A DNA stretch of 64,000 nt, from the NCBI RefSeq assembly GCF_044324875.1, contig NZ_CP172185.1; one strand, given 5' to 3'. The notes beneath the pieces were generated by a model. It saw only the letters and a list, made by a program, of their open reading frames with translations. It was not told the origin of the DNA and searched no databases. Of the stretch, positions 57,020 through 64,000 are shown piece by piece. A program made the position numbers and the translations under genes. The stretch is from Escherichia coli (GTDB taxonomy: Bacteria > Pseudomonadota > Gammaproteobacteria > Enterobacterales > Enterobacteriaceae). The number at the start of each line of letters is the position of its first letter. The first letter of the stretch is position 1.

Positions 57020-57417
57020 CGCTTCAGTTCCTGTATCAGCAGAGTCAGGAGCTTTTCGCTGACATTGCCATTGAAGCGGAGCGTCCCGTGCCGGAACGTT
57101 ACCTCACAGCTGATACTGAGGGTTTCCGGGTCCTCTGCGAGCGATTCTGGCTGTTCGGCAGCTGCATCGAGAGTCACAGGAAGTAGCTGGGGGCTCTCTG
57201 AAGAAGGTAATAGCAGCTTTCCCTCGCGCCATTGTTGTCGCCATTTGAACAACAGATTGGCGTTAATGCCATTTTCAAGAGCAAGTTTTGAGATGGATAT
57301 CCCGGGTTCACAGGAGGCAGCAACGAGCTGCTGTTTAAATTCGGGAGGATAATTAGGGCAGCCTTTTCGCCTGCCGGGAGTCACATTTTTCTGCATATCT
57401 GACACTTTGGTTCCCAC
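57016..57417 (-). CDS. IS66 Orf1 (TnpA-named accessory protein, helix-turn-helix)
   Basis: 133 aa; first ORF of the IS66 operon. Confidence 0.8.
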   Translation of the reverse strand: MGTKVSDMQKNVTPGRRKGCPNYPPEFKQQLVAASCEPGISISKLALENGINANLLFKWRQQWREGKLLLPSSESPQLLPVTLDAAAEQPESLAEDPETLSISCEVTFRHGTLRFNGNVSEKLLTLLIQELKR

Positions 57418-57488
57418 TACTTATTTGGTGGACACCACTTTGTCTAATTCGTCAGATTCTGACCAGACGGTTCAGGCTGTACGCTTAC

Positions 57489-57496
57489 GAATAAAC
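57489..57496. repeat. Target-site duplication (GAATAAAC), right copy
   Basis: See left copy. Confidence 0.75.
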
Positions 57497-57801
57497 AAAC
57501 TGCGCCTGCCGGAATATTCGAACGTCATCTTGATAAAGGAACGCGCCCGGGAGTTTACCCACGCCTTTCCGTTATGCATGGGGCGGTCAAATATCTCGGC
57601 TACCCTGATGAACACAGTGCAGAGCCTGATCAAGTGATCCTTATCGAAGCGGGGCAGTTTGCGGTGTTCCCTCCAGAAAAGTGGCACAACATTGAAGCCA
57701 TGACTGACGATACTTATTTCAACATTGACTTCTTCGTTGCTCCTGAAGTCCTGATGGAAGGCGCGCAACAACGGAAAGTCATTCATAACGGGAAATGAAT
57801 C

Positions 57802-57984
57802 ATGGGCAAAGCAACGTATACCGTGACCGTCACCAATAACAGCAATGGCGTTTCTGTCGATTATGAAACAGAGACGCCGATGACTTTGCTGGTGCCAGAA
57901 GTGGCGGCTGAAGTGATAAAAGATCTGGTGAATACCGTGCGTTCTTATGACACGGAAAACGAACATGATGTTTGTGGTTGGTAA
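57802..57984 (+). CDS. yoaG: Small protein YoaG (DUF1869)
   Basis: 60 aa ORF 3 bp after the yeaR stop; forms the yeaR-yoaG operon in K-12. Confidence 0.8.
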   Translation: MGKATYTVTVTNNSNGVSVDYETETPMTLLVPEVAAEVIKDLVNTVRSYDTENEHDVCGW

Positions 57985-58131
57985 TTATCTCTGATCGTTG
58001 ATGGCGCAATTTCTGCGCCATCGCAAAAAAATCCTCCGTGATGCTCGTCACAAATCTTGCCCTCCCGATGTTGTGCTATGCTTTTTATCAGCGACTAACC
58101 CGCTAATGCAAAACAGATAAGTGAGGAAACA

Positions 58132-58380
58132 ATGGGCATTCTGTCATGGATTATTTTTGGGCTTATTGCCGGTATTCTGGCGAAGTGGATCATGCCAGGT
58201 AAAGATGGTGGTGGATTCTTTATGACTATCCTGCTGGGGATAGTCGGTGCCGTAGTCGGCGGATGGATCAGCACGCTGTTTGGCTTTGGTAAAGTCGATG
58301 GCTTCAATTTTGGCAGCTTCGTGGTTGCCGTTATTGGCGCGATTGTCGTGCTGTTTATCTACAGAAAGATTAAAAGTTAA
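58132..58380 (+). CDS. yeaQ: GlsB/YeaQ/YmgE-family small membrane protein
   Basis: 82 aa; two glycine-rich TM helices. Confidence 0.8.
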   Translation: MGILSWIIFGLIAGILAKWIMPGKDGGGFFMTILLGIVGAVVGGWISTLFGFGKVDGFNFGSFVVAVIGAIVVLFIYRKIKS

Positions 58381-58438
58381 CGCGTAAATTGCACAAAGGC
58401 TGCACACAGGCAGCCTTTGCTATTTTCTAGATGTGACG

Positions 58439-58513
58439 TTACCACCATCCCAGCTCAGTGCCGAGTACGACAATAATAGCCACACCCATCATAATAATCG
58501 TTGTTTTTTTCAT
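58439..58513 (-). CDS. yoaJ: Small membrane protein YoaJ (24 aa)
   Basis: Minus-strand translation MKKTTIIMMGVAIIVVLGTELGWW read directly; too short for the ORF track. Confidence 0.6.
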   Translation of the reverse strand: MKKTTIIMMGVAIIVVLGTELGWW

Positions 58514-58515
58514 CT

Positions 58516-58614
58516 TTATGCTCCCGGGGCAGCATAGCCGCCAATAAAAAACCATGCTAAAAATACGACCGCTGTAATAAAGATTACAACCGGAAAAATA
58601 ATACCGATTCGCAT
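58516..58614 (-). CDS. yoaK: Small membrane protein YoaK (32 aa)
   Basis: Minus-strand translation MRIGIIFPVVIFITAVVFLAWFFIGGYAAPGA; stop lies 2 bp from the yoaJ start. Confidence 0.6.
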   Translation of the reverse strand: MRIGIIFPVVIFITAVVFLAWFFIGGYAAPGA

Positions 58615-58646
58615 GTTATCACCAATCAAAAGGATGTGAATACGCC

Positions 58647-59672
58647 TCAGGAATGTAGCGCTGGATGCGCGACAAAAGGTGTTTTCTGTTTGTGTTTTTT
58701 CTCCTGATACATCGCGATATCGGCAGCATGCAGGGCACTGTCTGCATCGGTCGTTTCAGGATCGACTTCTACTATGCCAAGACTGGCACCGGGATAATAC
58801 AAATCAACATCACCTAAGTGATATTCTCCGCGTATTTGCTGCTGAATACGTTCTCGCAGAGACGAAATATCCGCATTCTCGTTGTTCAGTGAAACAACCA
58901 AAAACTCATCACCGCCGAGACGACCAATAACTTCGCCATTTTGCTGGAGCGTATTAAGGCGCTCGCCAACCTGAATGAGGAACAAATCACCACTATTATG
59001 ACCAAAACGATCGTTGATTAATTTGAAGTTATCCAGATCGATAAACGCGATCATTATCTTATGGTTAAGATGTCGGGCGAGAGAAAACAGCGTCGTCAGG
59101 TTTTCAAAAATCGCCCGCCGATTCGGTAGCCCGGTTAACGAGTCGGTATACGATTGCGCAATCAGCGCAGCATTGGCTTCGCGCAGCTGTTCAACCAGTG
59201 CCTCTTTTTGAATATATTGTGCAATCAGTCCGGCGAATAACTGTAAAACCTGTTCCGCGCGTTCACTCCACTGGCGCTTCTCACTACTGGCGGCGCAAAG
59301 CGTGCCATAGAATGATCCATCCGGTAAGTGAATTGGCGTGCTCAGAAATGTGGTGATGCCAAGATTGCGTGCCGCAATACAGTCGCCCCAACGGTCAGGG
59401 ACTTCATCGCTGAAAAAGCAGTTTTCATCAATGGCGCGTTTGCATAACGAGTAATCCCACGAGACGGTAAAATTCTCCGGGATGTGCATTTTCTGGCTGT
59501 TACGGGCAAACATAATATGCTGCAGGCGCGCTTCGACATCCACTTTGGTCAGGTAGGTTGATTCCATATCAGTGACCATTTCCAGCATCTCCAGAAGCTG
59601 TCGGACCAGACTTTCCAGTGACTGTTCTTTGGCAAGGGATTGTGAGACGCGGGCGATAATCTGATCTGACAC
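58647..59672 (-). CDS. dgcP: Diguanylate cyclase (GAF + GGDEF)
   Basis: 341 aa from a GTG start (VSDQIIARVSQSLAKEQ); GGDEF motif RLGGDEF; the ORF track extends 43 codons upstream. Confidence 0.85.
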   Translation of the reverse strand: MSDQIIARVSQSLAKEQSLESLVRQLLEMLEMVTDMESTYLTKVDVEARLQHIMFARNSQKMHIPENFTVSWDYSLCKRAIDENCFFSDEVPDRWGDCIAARNLGITTFLSTPIHLPDGSFYGTLCAASSEKRQWSERAEQVLQLFAGLIAQYIQKEALVEQLREANAALIAQSYTDSLTGLPNRRAIFENLTTLFSLARHLNHKIMIAFIDLDNFKLINDRFGHNSGDLFLIQVGERLNTLQQNGEVIGRLGGDEFLVVSLNNENADISSLRERIQQQIRGEYHLGDVDLYYPGASLGIVEVDPETTDADSALHAADIAMYQEKKHKQKTPFVAHPALHS

Positions 59673-59854
59673 GAAACAACTCCAGGATACGGCGGGTAAA
59701 TGCTGATTATTTAATCTTTGCAGGCATGATAAAACATCATCAACAAAGATGAAACAAGGCGTAATATGATTTGAGTGAATGTAATAAAAATAGTGCTGCA
59801 AAACAAAACGATACCGCGATACTCTAAGTCTGGATAAATATGTGAGATCAATAA

Positions 59855-60109
59855 ATGAAAATTATCAGTTTTGTTCTGCCTTGCTTGCTGGTCCTGGCTG
59901 GTTGTTCAACCCCTTCTCAGCCAGAAGCACCCAAACCGCCGCAGATTGGTATGGCAAATCCGGCGTCGGTCTATTGCCAGCAGAAGGGCGGGACGCTCAT
60001 TCCAGTGCAGACAGCGCAAGGGGTCAGCAACAATTGCAAATTACCGGGCGGTGAAACGATTGATGAATGGGCATTGTGGCGACGGGACCATCCGGCTGGT
60101 GAAAAATAA
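59855..60109 (+). CDS. yoaF: Lipoprotein YoaF (DUF333)
   Basis: 84 aa; lipobox LAGC. Confidence 0.8.
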   Translation: MKIISFVLPCLLVLAGCSTPSQPEAPKPPQIGMANPASVYCQQKGGTLIPVQTAQGVSNNCKLPGGETIDEWALWRRDHPAGEK

Positions 60110-60130
60110 CCGCCGGATGCTGTACTAAAA

Positions 60131-60478
60131 TCATAAGCTACGTAGCCAGTCGGCCAGCACCAGCGCATGGTTCTGCGTGGTGTTTTTGGCTGAGTAGAGC
60201 AGGGTCAGCGGCTGTTTTTTGGCGATGTCCGCCAGCCGCTTTCCTTCTTGCTCGTGTTGCGCCAGTTCTGCAAGATATTGCTCGCGAAAGGTTGCAAAAT
60301 CGACGACTTCGCCGTGAAAGGCTTTGCGCAGTTCCGTTGACGGCGTGATTTCTTTATCCCACTCATCAAGGGCTAAATCGGTTTTTTTGATACCGCGCGG
60401 CCAGAGGCGGTCGACCAGTACGCGATATCCATCGCTCTGTTCAGCCGGATCATAAACGCGTTTGCACTGAATATTCAT
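60131..60478 (-). CDS. yeaO: DUF488 protein YeaO
   Basis: 115 aa from MNIQCKRVYDPAEQSDGYRVLVDRLWPRG. Confidence 0.75.
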   Translation of the reverse strand: MNIQCKRVYDPAEQSDGYRVLVDRLWPRGIKKTDLALDEWDKEITPSTELRKAFHGEVVDFATFREQYLAELAQHEQEGKRLADIAKKQPLTLLYSAKNTTQNHALVLADWLRSL

Positions 60479-60532
60479 CGTGTTTGTTCTCCCTTCCACG
60501 CATGATTGGTCACGTCACTATAGCACCGGATA

Positions 60533-61714
60533 TTAGCGAATTTCTTTGTCTCTCCCGGCGCAAAGTCCGAAAATCGCCATCAGTAGTGAAAGTATGGCAA
60601 CACCCATCAATGGTATGGACCAGTCACCGTTAGTATCGTGTATTTTACCCATCAGCGGCGGCCCACAGGCTGCCAGCAAATACCCGACGGATTGTGCCAT
60701 CCCCGAGAGTGCCGCCGCCTGATGCGCAGAACTTGCCCGAAGACCAATGAACGTCAATCCCAGTATCATTGTTGCGCCGGAACCAAAGCCGAAAAGCAGA
60801 GTCCAGGTGATCGCGTGCGCTGGCATAAAGCAGAGCCCAACCGCGCCCACTGCGCACATCAAGGCAACGAACGCTGCAATACCACGCTGATCTTTCACAT
60901 GATGTAAGAAAAGTGGGATCAGCAAACCGGGAGCTGCTGTGGCTAGTTGCAGCAAACCATGCAGTGAACCCGCCTGTGCTTCGCTATAGCCGTGACTGAT
61001 GAGGATCGCCGGAAGCCAGCCAATAATCACGTAATAGACCAGTGAGTTGATCCCAAGAAACAATGTTACCTGCCAGGCAAGCGGAGAACGCCAGATACCC
61101 CGAGTATGTAAGGCGCGTGAGGTACTCAAATTTTCATGTTGTTGACTTCGCCACTGTGGCAGCCATAAAAAAAGAGCCAGCAGAGGAAAACACATCAGCA
61201 TGAGCAACGCGCCTTGCCAGCCAAAACCGTTCAAAGCCAGCGGCACGACCATAGCCGATCCCAGTGCCGCTGCAGCTCCCATTGTCAGGGAATATGCGCC
61301 GGTAAGTCTGGCGACGGAATGAGGGAAATCGCTTTTAATTAATCCTGGCAGTAAGACATTGCCTAATGCAATCCCACCGCCAATGACCGCTGTACCGCCA
61401 AATAAGAAGTAAGGCGAAGGGAGAGAGCGAATTGCGATGCCAGCACAGATCAAAAGTAACGCGGCAAACAGGCTACGTTCCATACCAAAACGTCGCGCCA
61501 CCGGGGCAGCCAGAGGTGAGATTAGCGCAAAGGCTAATAATGGCAGGGTGGTCAATAAGCCGGTTTGCGCCGTCGTCAGCGAGTAAGCGGAACGAATCGT
61601 ATCCAGTAACGGTGCTGCGCCGGTAAAGGTGACGCGTAATGTTGTGGCAATCATCAGAATACCAGCGATAAGGACAATCCTGTTTTTGCCGCTTAATGAA
61701 GTTGAACAGGTCAT
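60533..61714 (-). CDS. yeaN: MFS transporter YeaN
   Basis: 393 aa, 12-TM MFS-like. Confidence 0.85.
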   Translation of the reverse strand: MTCSTSLSGKNRIVLIAGILMIATTLRVTFTGAAPLLDTIRSAYSLTTAQTGLLTTLPLLAFALISPLAAPVARRFGMERSLFAALLLICAGIAIRSLPSPYFLFGGTAVIGGGIALGNVLLPGLIKSDFPHSVARLTGAYSLTMGAAAALGSAMVVPLALNGFGWQGALLMLMCFPLLALFLWLPQWRSQQHENLSTSRALHTRGIWRSPLAWQVTLFLGINSLVYYVIIGWLPAILISHGYSEAQAGSLHGLLQLATAAPGLLIPLFLHHVKDQRGIAAFVALMCAVGAVGLCFMPAHAITWTLLFGFGSGATMILGLTFIGLRASSAHQAAALSGMAQSVGYLLAACGPPLMGKIHDTNGDWSIPLMGVAILSLLMAIFGLCAGRDKEIR

Positions 61715-61810
61715 ATGCTTCTCATTGTTACAAACGAGGCTGTACCTTACCGTTTTTATTGTTATGTTGAATCAAGCTAAAATGACAAATTATCGCTAAA
61801 TTCGGACAAA

Positions 61811-62632
61811 ATGATGCACAGGTTGAATCTCAATGGCTATGAACCCGACCGACACCATGAAGCCGCGGTCGCATTTTGTATTCACGCCGGAACGGATGAG
61901 TTAACCAGTCCTGTACATCAGCACCGCAAAGGACAGCTGATACTGGCGCTACATGGTGCAATTACCTGTACGGTGGAAAATGCTTTGTGGATGGTGCCAC
62001 CGCAATATGCGGTTTGGATACCGGGCGGGGTGGAACATAGCAATCAAGTGACAGCTAACGCTGAACTCTGTTTTCTGTTTATCGAACCCAGCGCAGTGAC
62101 AATGCCGACAACCTGTTGCACATTGAAAATATCGCCCTTATGCCGGGAATTAATTTTAACCCTGGCAAACAGAACGTCGACTCAGCGTGCTGAGCCGATG
62201 ACCCGCAGATTAATTCAGGTCCTGTTTGATGAACTCCCTCAGCAGCCACAACAACAGCTGCACCTACCCGTTTCTTCTCATCCTAAAATTCGCGCGATGG
62301 TGGAGATGATGGCGAAAGAGCCCGTCGAGTGGGGGTCATTGGGGCAATGGGCTCGCTTTTTTGCGATGAGTGAACGCAATCTTGCCCGACTGATAGTGAA
62401 AGAGACGGGGTTGAGTTTTCGCCAGTGGCGTCAGCAGTTACAGCTGATTATGGCGCTTCAGGGATTAGTGAAAGGCGATACTGTACAGAAAGTTGCTCAT
62501 ACGCTGGGGTATGATTCAACAACGGCCTTTATTACTATGTTTAAGAAAGGCCTGGGGCAAACGCCAGGCCGATATATTGCGGGATTAACTACTGTTTCCC
62601 CACAATCAGCGAAACCAGACCCGCGGCAATAA
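61811..62632 (+). CDS. yeaM: AraC-family transcriptional regulator (NimR/YeaM)
   Basis: 273 aa; cupin-like N-domain plus AraC helix-turn-helix; divergent from yeaN. Confidence 0.85.
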
Positions 62633-63035
62633 GCGGGCCAACCGGTACGCCGCGAAACAGCGCCACGCCCAAAACAGTGCCCACCAGCAGCCCGGCGACC
62701 AGTTGCGGCTGGCTGCCCATTAACGTCACGCCGCGCCCACCTAGCCAGGAGACAATAACGCCTACTGCAATTGCCACCAGCGATTTCCAGTTCAGAAACG
62801 AGTGAATCAGGGTTGAGGGCGGTAGCGTGCCGCTGGCGATGGGGGCCATAACGCCAATCGTCAGAATGATTATCCCGATACTTAGCCCCTGTTTTTCAAT
62901 CCACGGGAAAAAGGTGCTTAACGGTGTGACGCGGACAATGATTAACACCAGAATTGAAACGGCGACAGTGGTGTTATGACTGATAAAGCCCAGCGCAGCT
63001 AACCCGAGCAGGATCAGCAAAGTGACATCAAACAT
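62589..63035 (-). CDS. yeaL: UPF0756 membrane protein YeaL
   Basis: 148 aa, 4 TM; 3' end overlaps the yeaM 3' end by 44 bp (convergent). Confidence 0.8.
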
Positions 63036-63204
63036 CGTGGTTTCCTTGCCAAAAAATAATAAGCCTGCTTACTTTACGCTTGCTGCAGGAAGGAAGTAGA
63101 AAATCTTTACGTTTTTTGCATAAAAAATCAGGCGAACTGTCATCAAACTGCAATTTGTGCACGCTAACAATAACGTGAAAACAGCTATCTCCCGGGGGCA
63201 TACT

Positions 63205-63309
63205 ATGAACGATCAAATGTTCGTCGAGACACTGATTATCACGTCATCGTTTTTTGCCATTGCTGTTGTGCTGGTTTTGTCCGTTCTTCTTATCGAACGG
63301 ACAGGCTAG
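63205..63309 (+). CDS. yoaI: Small membrane protein YoaI (34 aa)
   Basis: Translation [34 protein letters not shown] read directly; too short for the ORF track. Confidence 0.55.
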   Translation: MNDQMFVETLIITSSFFAIAVVLVLSVLLIERTG

Positions 63310-63813
63310 TTACGCAGTGCGGCGGAAATTGACCAGTTCTGGTTGCGCAATGCGCAAATAATCCGCGGTTTTCAAAATAACGGATTTATCCAGCATGCCT
63401 GCATTGAAGGCGATTTCATCAAATCGTTCGAAGAGTAGGGGATCGGCAACCAGTTTGAGTTTTGGATGGAAGCTGAAAGGGGTGATCGCGCCGAAGACAC
63501 AGCCTGTGAGTTCATCGACTTCCGCCGGGCTGGCCAACGAAGCGCGTAATCCGCCTATATGGCTGGCGAGTTGGCTCAGATCGGCCTGTTGATCGGCCGC
63601 GAGGATCGCCAGAACATGTTGATTTACACCATTGCCTTTGACTTTACATACCAGTGCCTTAGCCCCCTGGCCTAAAGCGGTGCCACGAATTTCTGACACC
63701 GCTTCACATTTACCTACCGCTTCATGGGTAACGACGCGGAAGTCAGCACCTTCTTGTGATAATAAAGCGATTAACCGCTGATGCGTCACGCTTCCTTTAG
63801 CCATTTCAGTCAT
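63310..63813 (-). CDS. yeaK: YbaK/ProX-family aminoacyl-tRNA deacylase YeaK
   Basis: 167 aa; YbaK-like deacylase domain. Confidence 0.85.
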   Translation of the reverse strand: MTEMAKGSVTHQRLIALLSQEGADFRVVTHEAVGKCEAVSEIRGTALGQGAKALVCKVKGNGVNQHVLAILAADQQADLSQLASHIGGLRASLASPAEVDELTGCVFGAITPFSFHPKLKLVADPLLFERFDEIAFNAGMLDKSVILKTADYLRIAQPELVNFRRTA

Positions 63814-63855
63814 TTCATGCTCCTGAGATTACAAGCAAACAACCACAGAAGGTTA

Positions 63856-64000
63856 TCATGAACGGCTGTTTTTGTTCTGCTTATTGACATATAAACGCTC
63901 ATCGGAAGCTTTATACGCATCATGTAACGTATCGTTTTCTTTCATCGCGTAAATACCGGAAGAGAAGCCGATCTCTTTCTGCGGCGCGATATGTTGCAGA
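63856..64000 (-). CDS. dgcJ: Diguanylate cyclase DgcJ, C-terminal fragment (5' end lies outside the window)
   Basis: Minus-strand translation ends ...LQHIAPQKEIGFSSGIYAMKENDTLHDAYKASDERLYVNKQNKNSRS; GGDEF-protein C-terminus in the expected position. Confidence 0.6.
   Translation of the reverse strand, partial: LQHIAPQKEIGFSSGIYAMKENDTLHDAYKASDERLYVNKQNKNSRS

Larger units (their letters stand above)
55046..57488 (-). mobile_element. IS66-family insertion sequence (2443 bp; ISEc8-like by size and organisation)
   Basis: Terminal inverted repeats beginning GTAAGCGTACAGC at both ends (13 bp perfect, then imperfect); three ORFs in the typical IS66 arrangement; 8 bp target-site duplication. Confidence 0.85.
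54989..57798 (+). pseudogene. yeaR: yeaR (DUF1971/TehB-like) interrupted after codon 19 by an IS66-family element
   Basis: N-terminal MLQIPQNYIHTRSTPFWNK ends at the IS boundary (55045); the reading frame resumes after the IS from the duplicated target (57491) as ...KQTAPAGIFERHLDKGTRPGVYPRLSVMHGAVKYLGYPDEHSAEPDQVILIEAGQFAVFPPEKWHNIEAMTDDTYFNIDFFVAPEVLMEGAQQRKVIHNGK, ending at 57798. Confidence 0.8.

Noticed and set aside
57472-57966. 164 aa minus-strand ORF
   Set aside because: Antisense to the yeaR C-terminal part and yoaG, starting inside the IS66 terminal repeat; no support.

Overview
This 64 kb window reads as conserved Escherichia coli (or very close Enterobacteriaceae) core chromosome, syntenic with the K-12 interval from the 3' end of eda through purT, ptrB, the copper cluster yobA-yebZ-yebY, letAB (yebS/yebT), proQ-prc, htpX, kdgR, mgrB, cspC, manXYZ, sdaA, pabB, yoaA, fadD, rnd, yeaVWX and dmlA/dmlR, to the 3' end of yeaJ. 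Gene names were assigned by recognising the translated proteins and their order from memory; no database search was possible. Three insertion sequences are the only content that looks accessory: (1) an IS200/IS605-family element with divergent tnpA and tnpB between yebE and ptrB, (2) an IS200-like element between htpX and yebQ, and (3) a 2443 bp IS66-family element with 8 bp target-site duplications that splits yeaR. Several small-protein genes below the 60 aa cutoff of the ORF track (mgrB, yobF, yoaH, yoaJ, yoaK, yoaI), the SdsR/RyeA sRNA locus, a likely Mn riboswitch leader upstream of mntP, LexA/PurR/FadR operator candidates and REP repeats are also readable. I found no convincing novel multi-gene system (no defense island, prophage, CRISPR array or unassigned operon); the TnpB-encoding element is the most interesting lead. 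All strain comparisons to K-12 are from recollection and need alignment to confirm.
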